Positions 15,101 through 27,410 of a stretch of 64,000 bases of DNA are shown one piece after another. The first letter of the stretch is position 1. Each line of letters opens with the position of its first letter. The position numbers and the translations under genes are program-made. Source of the DNA: Tubulanus polymorphus (lineage: Eukaryota; Animalia; Nemertea); assembly GCF_964204645.1 (NCBI RefSeq), contig NC_134026.1:17518150-17582149 (forward strand), read 5' to 3'. The notes beneath the pieces are model-generated. The model had not been told where the DNA came from. It saw nothing but the letters and a program-made list of their open reading frames with translations, and ran no database searches.

Positions 15101-18100
15101 ACCTCCGATCAATTCCCACATTCCAAGGTATACAAAACAAGATGCGAATGCCCTCTTAGTCAGGAGATTAGTGAAGTCTCAGTCAGCCATCTTGGATGCT
15201 CTATCAGGAAAACTTTTTGAGTTGATGACAAAAATGTATTATAATTTACGAATCCTAAGTTGGCCACCTTGGATGACATCATGACCTAGTTAGTCATGTG
15301 ATAGGTCATGCCAGCCAGTTGACATATGAAATATGATAGCTCTTTCTGGAAAAAAGTTTTGAGTTGATGACCAAAATGTATAGTTTCATAATCAAAGATG
15401 CCCACACCAGTTGGCCATATAGGGTGATATCATGGCCCAGTTTGACATTCATGACCAGCATGACCCATTTCAAATTCTCAGATGTATTAAAGATATGGAT
15501 CAATGAGGGCTTCTGAGTACAAATCCTTGGTCAACTTTCACTCGAGTTTATTCAGTATTTGTAGATCTAAGGTATCTTAAGGACATTCTGTTTATTCTGA
15601 TGCACAGATTGGTATGGGTAAGAAAAATTATGTACTCTTTTGAGAAAAAAATTATTATAATCTGTGGAGTAACAACAGGGTTGCAAAATGTACCTGTAAT
15701 GTTCTTCGTTTGTTGTCTTCAGTATGAACCCAAGCTCTCAGTGACAGTTCACTGATGAATATCTCTGCAGCTTTTGCGAATAAGACAGGTGCTTCAGCGC
15801 TTATCATCTGAATAGAAAATATAAAGAATTTGTATAGTATGTGTAAATGTGTATTATCAAACATATGTGTATTATCAAACTTATGATATTCATAATACAA
15901 ATATGATTAATTTCATTGGTCCCCAATAATTTGGATTAAGTGGGGTTTATGGTATACTTCTAGGTGGCTCGTGTTATACTTCAATTAGGAAGAATTAAGG
16001 CCAAAAAATTGATAACCAAGTTCTAGTCACACCTAGCTGTCCTGATTCAATTAAGATTAGCCTATGGAAAACCGCATATAACATCGAACTAGTCGCTGGA
16101 ATTACCAATGACATTTTCGTATGGTTTTTAGTTAGTAATCACCAAATTGCCCTGTATCGGAGTTCATGAAATAGCCAACAATCACACTGAATTTCATAAA
16201 AATCCAGAAATTTGTTACTTGTTTTTAATGCTGGTTGCTAGATTTCACAATAAAACTGTTTATATATAAAATCAATTGAATACATACATATGTACTTAAC
16301 TAGAGTAGCTCATGGGGGTTCTGTATGCACTTTTAGGTCCAGAGACAAACTCCTCAGAAATCAACAAATTAGAGGTCTGGCAACAACGATTTGGTGTCAT
16401 GTTTTTCATTGAGGCCACAATGGCCGAACTGGCAACACCCCCTTTATCGCATGGCCTTATATACCCGCGAGTATGTATCTCCATAACCGTTAGTCCTAAA
16501 GGGTCAAACGACCACTCACGATGCGCAGAAAGGCCGTATTATGGGGAGTTGGTAATACATTTATATCTCCAAAAAGTAATACTTTCCAAGATACTTCACA
16601 AATACTGATTTCATGGGTATTGATATATAGAAATTCATGCATGCAGTTCCTATGTAGCAATTAGGTCAGAAGATATTATTAGGGTTTCCTGACTTTCGTC
16701 GAAAACCCTCTTGAAATTCTGTTGATTATCATTATTATATATTTTCCGCCGATTTTGTCAAATAAAATTCATCTTCATTCAGATTCGGTAACTGACAGCT
16801 TCGAAACGAAATGTATAAATTGATACTGTAATAACGGTCTCTCTGAACCAACAGATTGTCTGAATGTACTTTCCATCCTATTTGAAACTTAAAATTACTT
16901 ATTAGGTTACTGTAAATAAAGAATTGAATTGAATTGTTAGACACCAAGCACCGGCGAAATAACAGTTTGTGACGTCATTTAGTAAGTAAATAAAGGAGGG
17001 CTCCGAGAATTTCCAAATCACGGGGGACTATACTGGGGTTAGACCATTTAACCAAAAAGAGGATTGCTCCGATAATATCCAAATCATCTCATTTTATTTT
17101 TATCATCGAATACCCAGTAATTAATTTTTCCTTTCGATCACATGCATCCAGAAAACCCGTTATCGCTGCTTTGCAGCTATATTTGTTGTCATTGATTTTT
17201 TTTACATGGTCTCAATGAACCTGATAGACAAAAAGCAGACTCGGGAGTTTATAATGGGTTTATATATATACAATTATAACAACAAAGATAAGGGTCGGCA
17301 TTTAGGCTGCATTTTGGGGCCTGTTTATTAAAAAAGAAATGATTAGTTTATCTGCTCCCAACGAAAGAAATGACAACAATGGCAATTGTAACTCCGCGCT
17401 TGCCTGGTCTAGTGTGGCAGGGTTTTGTACCGTGACAATCTTGATGCAATTAGGTTCGAATCCCTGCTGGGGGAGGATGAATTATCTTTGATATCATTTA
17501 TACCTTAACATCTTCATCCAGTTTCATAATCTTTTTAATCCTTGCAAGTGGTAATTCCTGAGTCTTAAAATCATTCTAAAAAAGAGTAAAACAATGAATA
17601 ATTAATTGCCAACCAAAATTTAAATAGGCCAACAGTAGACTGCTGGGGCTAGTTGCACAGTCGTGACTTAAGTTCTAAAGTGGTCTTTAATCTTAAGACA
17701 GGTCTTAAGTTGTTAGATTGGCTATAGAACTAAGTTGGTCTTAGTCTACTCTTAAGTCTAAGCCATGACTATGCAACCGGCCCCTGATCAGATCCAACAT
17801 AGATATTTGTTTGATTTTCTAAATCCTATACTCCTATAGGCATACAGTGTTTTCAATAAGAGCCAGGTCCCAGGTCCCAGACCCGTCTGTCGTTTGTAAA
17901 GGACCTGCCTGTTTTTTTCAAAACAGCTTTCATTTACAGGACTGTGACATATTATGGGACCCTCCTGTTTTTCAAAGGAACCTGGCTTGTTGTTAATTTC
18001 TTATTGAAAACACTGGGCATATGGAGTATTGATCCTCAACTCATAGACATCACTCAAATGAAGTACGACAAACAGCCGAATCCTACTTCATTTTGGAACA

Positions 18101-21100
18101 GTTAAATCTAGATTTCTAGATTTCTATATAGATTTCTAATCCAGATATAATTTATGGCCCACTTACATATAGGCCATATAGGCCCTAAAGGTAAGTAAAA
18201 TATGGTGTTTAATCCAGATCTGTATAAAAGGGATTAATTGCTTAGATACTCAGTGTTCTCCACAGGGTCAAAGTAAACGTAAAAGTTTGGTGAGCACGCA
18301 GTGGTATGAGAACCTTGCCCAGAAGTAGCTCCTTCTGAAATGCAATTTCTCTACACAGGGGCGCATCCAGGTTTTGGAAAAAGGGGGGTTGCGCACATTG
18401 GATTTAGGGTGACTACTTAAGACATATTTTTCCGGCCATGATATTAGCAACAGGGGGTGTGGGAAATTTTGAAAAATTTGATTTATTTAGATGCATTCCA
18501 AGCACTTTCTTGACGTATTGGCCCCACTCCGCGAGGTTGCGCCACCACGCGGGATTAACGCGAAGTAGCAGAAACGAACATGGCAACCTTTATCAACGTT
18601 AGAAATTGTACGTGAATTTCAGCTGTTAGGGTTTCAAGGCACAATTTAACTACGTGATGTGATATGGCGATGTTTATAAATGATAATGCCGCAGTGAAGC
18701 TGGTCACGAACTGTCCTGATTGAGTTTACAGCGGCCAAAAACATATAAATTTGCATAGTTACATAACTTTCCTATTTGCTGTGAATTACAGATGAAACAT
18801 GAAACCTGAATGGCCGTTTACAAAAACATTATAGCAATTACAATTGAAACATAACAATGATATACAACTTTAGTTAAAATTATGGCCATTTCTAAAATTA
18901 TATTACTAATTTGTAGTCAGTGCTGCACATTTGGTTTTGAAACAATAATGAGGGGTGGTAGGTACGGTAGTCATCAATTCAAGTCATTTACTACATGTTA
19001 CTTCCGTGTTATTGAAAATCTCGCGAGAATGGCGCAACATTGAACCTGGCAATAAATGCCAAATATCATTGTATTTTTTTTGGTACATATATTCATAATT
19101 TATCCGCCATAAAGTGCCGATAAACAATTGCATGTTTACGATCAGTATGTTCGGCCACAATGGTTGCCTGTTGGGAAGCGATTCTTTTTTCACAAGAGAG
19201 TTTCGGCCATCTTGTTTGCAGTGCGCATGCTTCCCATTCTGTTTGTAAAGACAATCCACACGTGTGCACTTCAATTGCTGTATCAGCATTCGCGGCTCTC
19301 AACCTACAAACAAAACAGCATCAAATAGCCTACCAGAACCTGCGGCAACCTGGGTACCTTTTCTACGATTTTACATCTACATGATTTTACATCTACATCT
19401 CAATTTCTGACACCGTTTTCGCATTTTTTATTCGTGTATCTAGTGTTTATCAGCATACAGGGCTTAACCACTGGTTAAGATGGATCTTTGAACATATGAA
19501 ACATTTTGAAATATTGATTTTTTGCCACATATGTTATTCATATATTTCAACTCATAAACTTTTGGAGGATTTCATTAAAGAAATAGTCATTAAGCCTCCA
19601 AATGATCGCACATGCGATCGGCCACCCCGCTCGTGCTTGAAATGGAAACTAGGGGTCCAGGGACACCATGCCCACTTGGGAAGTGGTTTCAAATGCTCAA
19701 CAATCTAACAATTTCAATATTCAATGCCCTCTGGTGACCATATACAAAAACCAATGACCTTGAAACTCACCAAAATCATAGAACATGTCAGCAGCTATGA
19801 TTTTGTAATTGATTGTGATAACAAAATATGCCTCGTTACTAATTTAATAAGGAAATGCTAAGTTATTCTACTATTCAACGCCCCCTGGTGACCATATGCA
19901 AAACGCAATGACCTTGAAACTCACCCCAATCATAGAACATATCATGAACTACAACTTTGCAATTGATCATGGTAACAAAATATGCCTTGGTACCAATCTA
20001 ATAAGGAAATACTAAGTTATTCTACTATTCAACACCCCCTGGTGACCATATAGAATAACTTATGTCCTTAAAACTCACCACAATCATAGATGATGTCATG
20101 AGCTACAACTTTGCATTGATTGTGGTAACAAAATATGCATATATAGGTACAAATATAATATAGAAATACTAAGTTATTGTATTATTCAACGCCCCTTGGT
20201 GGCCATATACAAAAACCAATGAACTTGAAAATCACCACAATCATAGAACACGTTATGAGCTACAACTTTCCAATTGATTGTGGTAACACGATATGCTTAG
20301 GTATCAATGTAATGTGGAAAAACTTTTTCCCACCTACGAATCAGTGCTGATGACACCAAAATGGCCGCCAATTGTGTCATAATTGGCTGATCAAAAATAC
20401 CTGTCTCAGGTATAAAATATCCCTTTTCAAAGAATACATATCACAAATTGCAATGAGAAATGGCAAACCAGTAGGCAGCTACAGAACTCAGAATTCGGGC
20501 CAAAATTGACATTTTTGGGCACTAAAAAGGTCATAGGACGGCCATCTTGAGTCCGATCGACCCAATTTTTCTTAAGCTGATGGGCCCTTGGGGGATACAT
20601 ATACAAAACATCAAGGTAATTGATCAAAGCGTCTTCAAAATTTCCCTCAAAAAGTTCAAAAATGTGTAAAAAGTGCTGATTTTGGTGAACAACAATGGCT
20701 GCTAGTCGGCCATCTTGATTCTGACAGGGCTAGTTTTTGGGCTGAAGATGTGTCTAGGGTAGATACATGTGTAACCCAAATATCAAGACATTACATTGAA
20801 GCGTCTTCAAAACTTCCCAAAATAACTGAATTCCGTCTATGAACGGACGGACGAAAAGTGAACGCAATAGCCCGCTGGGACTAAAGTCCCAAGTGGGCTA
20901 AAAATTAGTATCTCGTACAATGATGAGTGATCGAAAGTAGATGAAATCTAAATCATTCGATTCTTTCAAAAAAATGCATTGGAAAATGTGGTTTGGAAAT
21001 AAACTGAATTTCTTATTTCCTCATTTCACATGTTGCCGCTCCCTGGACGTATTAACTACACTAACTATGATTGTTGTGTGCTGGCCACAAATGCACACAG

Positions 21101-24100
21101 ATTACACTACACTGCCCATTAAACACCCATCTACCCACAGCTTTGATATAACCATCCTATAATCTAGTTTGTTTCTCCCTTCAAGGTCATAGGACGGCCA
21201 TCTTGAGTCCGATCGACCCAATTTTTCTTAAGCTGATGGGCCCTTGGGGGATACATATACAAAACATCAAGGTAATTGATCAAAGCGTCTTCAAAATTTC
21301 CCTCAAAAAGTTCAAAAATGTGTAAAAAGTGCTGATTTTGGTGAACAACAATGGCTGCTAGTCGGCCATCTTGATTCTGACAGGGCTAGTTTTTGGGCTG
21401 AAGATGTGTCTAGGGTAGATACATGTGTAACCCAAATATCAAGACATTACATTGAAGCGTCTTCAAAACTTCCCAAAATAACTGAATTCCGTCTATGAAC
21501 GGACGGACGAAAAGTGAACGCAATAGCCCGCTGGGACTAAAGTCCCAAGTGGGCTAAAAATTAGTATCTCGTACAATGATGAGTGATCGAAAGTAGATGA
21601 AATCTAAATCATTCGATTCTTTCAAAAAAATGCATTGGAAAATGTGGTTTGGAAATAAACTGAATTTCTTATTTCCTCATTTCACATGTTGCCGCTCCCT
21701 GGACGTATTAACTACACTAACTATGATTGTTGTGTGCTGGCCACAAATGCACACAGATTACACTACACTGCCCATTAAACACCCATCTACCCACAGCTTT
21801 GATATAACCATCCTATAATCTAGTTTGTTTCTCCCTTGGTTGAAATTAGGAATAAAATATGCTCACCACTTCACTATTTTCAGTATGTTGACCTGAAGTC
21901 ACACCACAGGCACGTAGAAGAACAGTAATCAGTGCTTCATCTAGCCAAAAATAGAAGGGCGGTCCGCCCCGCCCCCGAAAATAGCCGCCCTTGTGCCCTT
22001 CAGATGTGTCCCATGCTCGCCCTTGTGCCCTCATCACTTGCCGTAGGTCCGCCATCCTGCCCTTGTCAGTCACGAGTAATGAGTCAGGGCTTTCAAAATA
22101 AGCCGACGCATCCGACTGTTAGTAAGTTTCCTGCGACGGCTATGAAATATCTTGTATGATATCAACGATAGTAGCTCATGTGATCAGTGGTTATATTCAA
22201 ATGTTCTGCAGTCAGTGTGCATCGTGTGAAAACGTGCCTCAGACGCGTGGCCTAGTTTAAGTTTCCAGGAAATTGGCTGACTTCCAAACCACTGCCAATC
22301 ATTCTAGCGACTGCCGTTGTAAAGCTGGTAGTGTATATTCGATGGATTGTTTCGTTTTGAACACATCGTGATGCTCTGGATCTTTTTATCTAGAGTATTA
22401 GACAATTTTTTTTTTATACAAGGTGACAAACTTTGTTCGGTGAACTCACAGAGAGACTCGCACAGACAATTAGTTTGAGTAGCCTAATAGCAATAATGTA
22501 TTTTTAAGCTGGCTGCTTACCAATTATCAACAGTTACTTGCCAATCACTAACACTAACAATTTAAATCAATTAATTTGATATTTCTAAGACTAAAAATAT
22601 GCAATTTCATGTAGGCCTATACACTATTGCTGGCTCTTTTTCGCTGTATTTGCTACTTGAGATTGCTTTTTTCTGCAATTTTTTTGTCTGCAACTGGTTT
22701 TCCAAATCATTTTGAAAGCCCTATCTAGATTAACTTTTGTTCATTGACAGGCATAGGTGTAAGGATGTACTGTGGTCAAGTGTGTCACTCATGGCATAAT
22801 CAGATTTAAACATAGTTTCTAGTCCTCAATCGTAGTAGGGGGTACCTCGATTCCATGCAATAGGGAACATTGCGGTTTGCCCCTAAAACAGACGTGAGTG
22901 CGTTATTATGTGCCCTTGCTCCGATGGAATCACGCAAAAAAATGCCCTTATTTGAAATCAGCACCCTGCCCTTTTTAAATGCTAGATGAAGCACTGAGTA
23001 ATCCATGGGAGGAGGTAACATGGGAAAACCAAAACAGCCCAACAGAGGAATGAAAAAAATTGCCTAAGTAAACTGACATTAACATAATCATTTTCAAAAA
23101 TAGAAATATAAAATCTACAAAATTACACTGTAGGGCAGGGTTCCGGAACTGTATGTATTACAAAGGACAGACAGGGCAAATAAAATACTAATTTGACCCG
23201 AGCCTGATACGTGCCAGTTTTGCATATTGCAGGCTGAAAGGTGCTAACATGAAATTCAAGATGACTGCCCTGATGGCCTCCATTTTTGATAGGGGCACAC
23301 ATCTCACTAGCCCCAATCCTCACACTGTGTTTTCGTGAAAATCCATCTAGAATTTTAGGCTGTATAATGCTAAAAAGAAATTCAAGATGGCCACCCTGGC
23401 AGCCACATTTGATGGTCAATGACCTCCATGTTCAATAGGGGTGTAGAGCTTTCCGGTCCCTATCCTCTAACACCAACGTTCATGGAAATCCATCAAGAAT
23501 TGTGCAACAATCCAAGCTGCCCAAGTGACCATATTTGATGACAGACAACTTCCTTTTTTGATAGGGGCACTGATCTCCCATGCAAAAACCCACCCACATC
23601 ATTTTATAAAAATCCATCATGAATTTTAGGTTCTACCATGCTTATAAGAAATTCAAAATGGCTGCCCTGGCGGCCATATGATGGCCCATGATATCCATTT
23701 CATTTTCAAAAAGGGTGAACATCTCACCTGCCACAATCATCACAATGAGTTTAAGAAAAGTTCAACAAGAATTGCAGCCTGTATGCTTCATTTACAAGGT
23801 GATCTGGAATCATAACTTTTTCAAGTATTTAGCAACACCTGGTGACCAAATGGCATATCATGTGCTCTTGAAAAATTGCGCAGGCGCATTCCATTAACTA
23901 TATATATATCTGCAACACATTTTCTTTTTAAATCAGCTTCATTTAGATGTTCACGTGACACCATCTTTTTCATACTTTGTAGGCCCCCCTATTTAGTATT
24001 CAAGAAAACAAATATGGCCACCAGTCAGCCATTTTGGATCCAATGGTGAAATAAAACGCAAGTGCACAACAACATTTCCAACCCCACATATGTGTAAAGT

Positions 24101-24479
24101 AACAAAATGATTTCAAATCTTGTCTGGGTGTCTCCTAAACTGTTCACAGACAGACGATGGACTGACGTTGATTCCAATGTACCCACCTACACTTCGATGC
24201 TGAGGTAATGAAATATGTCCATGATATAATTACGCACATTTTAAGCAGGATAGACAGCCTGCTGTACTATAATGGAGAACACTGGGTCCCCCAAGAATGC
24301 AAATAAAGCAGACTCTTAGACTAAGTGACTTAGACTCTAAGGCTAAGTGATGAACTTACGGGCATGAGACCACGGATTTCTGTTGAGGTACGCTGCCAAA
24401 AAGAATTCAACATTTGACTGGCTTCTGTAGTTTGTACCGACGATGTACTCTGGAATGTTGCATTATCGGTTGTTGCCAT
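109..24479 (-). CDS. NFYC: Nuclear transcription factor Y subunit gamma (NF-YC), 9 coding exons, ~311 aa
   Basis: GT-AG exons splice in frame: 24360-24479 (MATTDN...GLMP), 17504-17575 ([24 protein letters not shown]), 15694-15807 ([38 protein letters not shown]), 14041-14136 ([25 protein letters not shown]...), 13807-13939, 13607-13674, 2770-2946 (...[17 protein letters not shown]), 309-443 ([17 protein letters not shown]...), 109-129 (IVYSVT*). Histone-fold core plus Q-rich activation tail typical of NF-YC. Confidence 0.97.
3639..3738. repeat. DIRS internal complementary region (ICR)
   Basis: CCATAGGAAAGGGTAAGTACTACTC...CCAAAAATTGTAAT is the reverse complement of the left end. The adjoining ATTTCCGTCGAGTACTGT...CCTATGG is the reverse complement of the right end. 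Confidence 0.92.
4002..5096 (-). pseudogene. DIRS tyrosine recombinase, frameshifted
   Basis: Fragments [23 protein letters not shown]...VPPWDL...[23 protein letters not shown]...HQVRS...[15 protein letters not shown] (R/HxxR/W/Y catalytic set) lie in several frames. Confidence 0.9.
5089..5812 (-). pseudogene. DIRS RNase H C-terminal part plus N6-adenine methyltransferase-like domain
   Basis: [13 protein letters not shown]...[17 protein letters not shown]...NVMADALSR (RNase H), then LDLFAT...DAFSLDW...YAFPP...[13 protein letters not shown] (DIRS Dam-like MT). Confidence 0.88.
5813..6863. mobile_element. Non-autonomous CAGTG-ended DNA transposon (hAT-like), copy 1
   Basis: 15-bp TIR CAGTGCTTCATCTAG...CTAGATGAAGCACTG; 5-bp duplication GATGT (5808-5812 / 6864-6868); second copy at 21930-22996. 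Confidence 0.92.
6864..7990 (-). pseudogene. DIRS reverse transcriptase and RNase H N-terminus
   Basis: [56 protein letters not shown]. Cut off at 6864 by an inserted element. Confidence 0.92.
8000..9500 (-). pseudogene. DIRS gag-like ORF1 remnants
   Basis: GC-rich broken ORFs upstream of RT, with R/S/P-rich segments and an ANLVL..R...LLRAPL..LF motif typical of the DIRS gag end. Confidence 0.6.
10040..11435 (+). mobile_element. Helentron/HINE-like non-autonomous element with internal ~140-bp tandem repeats
   Basis: Repeated core (AAATATGCCTAGGTACC...CGCCCCCTGGTGACC...ATGACCTTGAAACT...), CGGA/CGAA microsatellite, 3' stem-loop TAGCCCGCTGGGACTAAAGTCCCAAGTGGGCTA and an A-run. Related copy at 19720-20904. 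Left boundary approximate. Confidence 0.7.
11440..12229 (+). mobile_element. Second HINE-like family (TGACCTTGACC core repeats)
   Basis: About four ~140-170-bp repeats containing GACCTTGACCTTTGACC, a GGAC microsatellite, terminal stem-loop ATGCCC.CCACAATGCATTGTGTGGGCAT and an A-run. Confidence 0.6.
17392..17475 (+). pseudogene. tRNA-derived sequence (SINE head or tRNA pseudogene)
   Basis: A-box-like TGGTCTAGTGTGG and B-box GGTTCGAATCCC. A clean cloverleaf could not be built. Confidence 0.45.
17646..17783. mobile_element. PIF/Harbinger-like MITE
   Basis: Imperfect TIR GGGCTAGTTGCACAGTCGTG...CATGACTATGCAACCGGCCC with 3-bp CTG on both sides. Confidence 0.7.
17845..18015. mobile_element. CAGTG-ended MITE with 6-bp TSD
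   Basis: TIR CAGTGTTTTCAATAAGA...TCTTATTGAAAACACTG flanked by GGCATA on both sides. Confidence 0.85.
19720..20904 (+). mobile_element. HINE-like element, same family as 10040-11435
   Basis: Same ~154-bp core repeats and identical 3' stem-loop/A-run. Confidence 0.7.
20527..21837 (+). repeat. Apparently exact 655-bp tandem duplication (period 656)
   Basis: 20527-21181 = 21183-21837; identical ORFs at 20941 and 21597 in the ORF track. Confidence 0.95.
21930..22996. mobile_element. Non-autonomous CAGTG-ended DNA transposon (hAT-like), copy 2
   Basis: Same TIR and internal sequence as 5813-6863; 6-bp duplication AGTAAT (21924-21929 / 22997-23002). Confidence 0.92.
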
Positions 24480-25885
24480 GCTCTAGAAAAATCATAGATG
24501 AGAAAAATAATTAGGAAACTTTATTGACCATTCAAATCTGGGTTCCTACAGGACTAGGCCTACTACCAATTTAAAATTTTTTCAAAATCCTTACTGAACC
24601 ACAGGCACTGTTTTTCTAAACTCTGTGTAGGCCTATATTATTCTTTAAAAACTGCCCTCTGCCTATTGGCCGGAAAATCAGCCAATCACTCAAAATCAGC
24701 CAATCGCAGATGATATACGGTAAAATAACTTTTTCTGGACTGGCAAAATAACCACTTCCTTAAATGATTAAATGTTGTCGCTCAAAGCATTCATAAAATT
24801 GGATTATTTCATAAGGTATCTGCGCGCTGCTTGTTAGTAAATTTAAGCCATTAGCCTAATTGTGGTGTCAATAGAAAGTATATTTTTGAAGCGTTACTTT
24901 TTTCAACCGTGTTTTGGCACTTGCACCTTGTCATCAATCCCAACAACTTGCCAATCCGATTAAACTTACCACCAACGTCAACGATTACAGGGTTCATAGC
25001 CTCAAGATCAACCAAAATTCAAGGCCATTCAAGGCAATTTGAGAAGCACATTCAAGGCTTTTTACCCACATGAAAAACATTTTTACGTCAATATTTCCTT
25101 GCTTCATCCATTCAAAAACAATTAACACAGCTTGAACAGGGTTCATTATGCCACTGCTGACCCAAAATCACCGAAATTTACCTGTATTGAAGGATATCCA
25201 AAAAGTCTTCACTGAAAGGGGTTAAATGAAGTGACTCGATGATTTGAAAGTTTAACAATATGTTTCCATGCCTACGTATAAAATTTCAGTTGGTATGCAT
25301 GGATACATATTGTTGAACTTTCAAATCATGGAGTCTCTTTTCTAGCAGGAACCCCTCTCAATGAAGATTTTTTGGATATCCTTCAATAGTTTCAAATGGA
25401 TTAAAAAATGATGACTTAGGTCGACTGCCTGTCCTTTCTGGTCCTATTAAGACCTTTATCAGGTATGTACTACCAAAAATTAGCGAGCTAGGCCACCCGG
25501 AATGCTCTCAAGTCAGGTTGAAATAGACATTATGAATCATTAGGTTAACTCCTGTCTGTAGTTTATTGCGATGCAACAACTGATTTTAGTGTCAAATCAA
25601 ACCTCTCTTTGTACTCAAATAAATCAATTATTTTGTAGTTACCTTGTTGATCTTGAAAACGTGTTTTATAATAATATTTTTGATGATTTAAATCGGGAAC
25701 CGGAGAATTTTTTGATTTGATTTGAATTGGTTGCCACAATCGGGATTTCCAATACGGACTAAATTACTAGGGAACAACAACGCCGCAACATAAGTAGTAG
25801 TGTAGGCTAAGCTGAGGCCTACTAATGAAAGATCATTGATTGCATGCAGGACTTTCGAAAAATCACGAAAATATCACAGTCTTAC

Positions 25886-26056
25886 TTGAGATTGAGGAGA
25901 TTTACAAGTAAAAAAACACGGAATACCGGTTTCATTTAATCAAAACCCCTTCGGTTAGATCTATTTCCTACTTTCTAGGTCCGAGGTATCATGAGTCTGA
26001 TGACATCATCAATGACTTTCAAGGTCGTGTGGAGCTTGACCGCCCCGCCAAAACCC
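25886..26056 (-). promoter_or_regulatory. Probable NF-YC non-coding first exon and proximal promoter
   Basis: The first coding exon has an acceptor 3 nt before the ATG, so an upstream exon is required. A strong donor (AA|GTAAG) is at 25885, a CRE-like TGACATCA at 26001-26008 and a GC box CCGCCCCGCC at 26040-26049. Confidence 0.5.
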
Positions 26057-27410
26057 GGTTATAAGCCGGTGTAATTCGACACAGATTCAAGATGGCGACT
26101 CCACAAGGGGGCGCCACTAAACGATAGCTTCACCAACGTACGACCTCAGGAGCGCTCCGTCGAGGTTTTGAGAATCACCAAGATATCGTGGGTATCCTCG
26201 GTATCATCGGTATCACAGGTAACCTGGAGGCTCACAGGCCGGGAGACAGGTATCATCGGTATCGTTCGTATCACAGGTACCCTGGGGTCACACATGCCAT
26301 GAGACAGGTATCCTCGGTATCGTAGGTATCACAGGTATCACAGGTAACCTGCCGAGGCTCACAGGCCGTGAGACAGGTATCCTCGGTATCGTTGGTATCA
26401 CAGGTAACCTGGAGGCTCACAGGCCGTGAGACAGGTATCCTCGGTATCACAGGTATCGTTGGTATCACAAGTAACCTGGAGGCTCACAGGCCGGGAGACA
26501 GGTATCCTCGGTATCGTAGGTATCGTTGGTATCACAGATAACCTGGAGGCTCACAGGCCGGGAGACAGGTATCCTCGGTATCGTAGGTATCGTTGGTATC
26601 ACAGATAACCTGGAGGCTCTTAGGCCGGGAGACAGGTATCCTCGGTATCGTTGGTATCACAGGTATCACAGGTAACCTGGAGGCTCACAGGCGCCATGAG
26701 ACAGGTATCCTCGGTATCGTAGGTATCGTTGGTATCACAAGTAACCTGGAGGCTCACAGGCCGGGAGACAGGTATCCTCGGTATCGTTGTTATCACAGAT
26801 AACCTGGAGGCTCACAGGCCGGGAGACAGGTATCCTCGGTATCGTTGGTATCACAGGTATCACAGGTAACCTGGAGGCTCACAGGCGCCGTGAGACAGGT
26901 ATCCTCGGTATCACAGGTATCGTTGGTATCACAGGTAACCTGGAGGCTCACAGGCCGTGAGACAGGTATCCTCGGTATCACAGGTATCGTTGGTATCACC
27001 GGTACCTTGGGGTCCCACAGGCCGGGAGACAGGTATCCTCGGTATCGCAGGTATCGTTGGTATCACAGGTACCTTGGGTCCCACAGGCCATGAGACAGGT
27101 ATCCTCGGTATCGTTGGTATCACAGGTATTACAGGTAACCTGGAGGCTCACAGGCCGGGAGACAGGTATCCTCGGTATCGTTGATATCGTTGGTATCACA
27201 GGTAACCTGAGACTCACAGGCCATGAGACAGGTATCCTCGGTATCGTTGGTATCACAGGTAACCTGGAGGCTCACAGGTCGTGAGACAGGTATCCTCGTT
27301 ATCGTAGGTATCACAGGTAACCTGGAGGCTCACAGGCCGGGAGACAGGTATCCTCGGTATCGTAGGTAACCTGGGATCTTACAGGCCGTGACACGGGTAT
27401 CCTCGGTAAT
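26057..27410 (+). repeat. Left TIR: ~135-bp unique end plus array of ~58-67-bp units built from GGTATCnnn 9-mers
   Basis: Unit GGTAACCTGGAGGCTCACAGGCCG(G/T)GAGACAGGTATCCTCGGTATCGTAGGTATCGTTGGTATCACA repeated about 18 times from ~26190. Confidence 0.95.

Noticed and set aside
18251-24284. Possible 6-kb element bounded by CAGTGTTCTCCA / TGGAGAACACTG
   Set aside because: Only 12 bp match and there is no target-site duplication; probably ends of two independent copies.
24660-24710. Clustered CCAAT boxes in NF-YC intron 1 suggesting autoregulation
   Set aside because: Short common motif in sequence that looks repeat-derived; no independent support.
26271-27314. Collagen-like GIVGIT / IPTIPR ORFs here and at 59288-62187
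   Set aside because: By-products of the 9-bp GGTATCnnn periodicity. They are open in many frames on both strands, and the 58/67-bp units shift frame.
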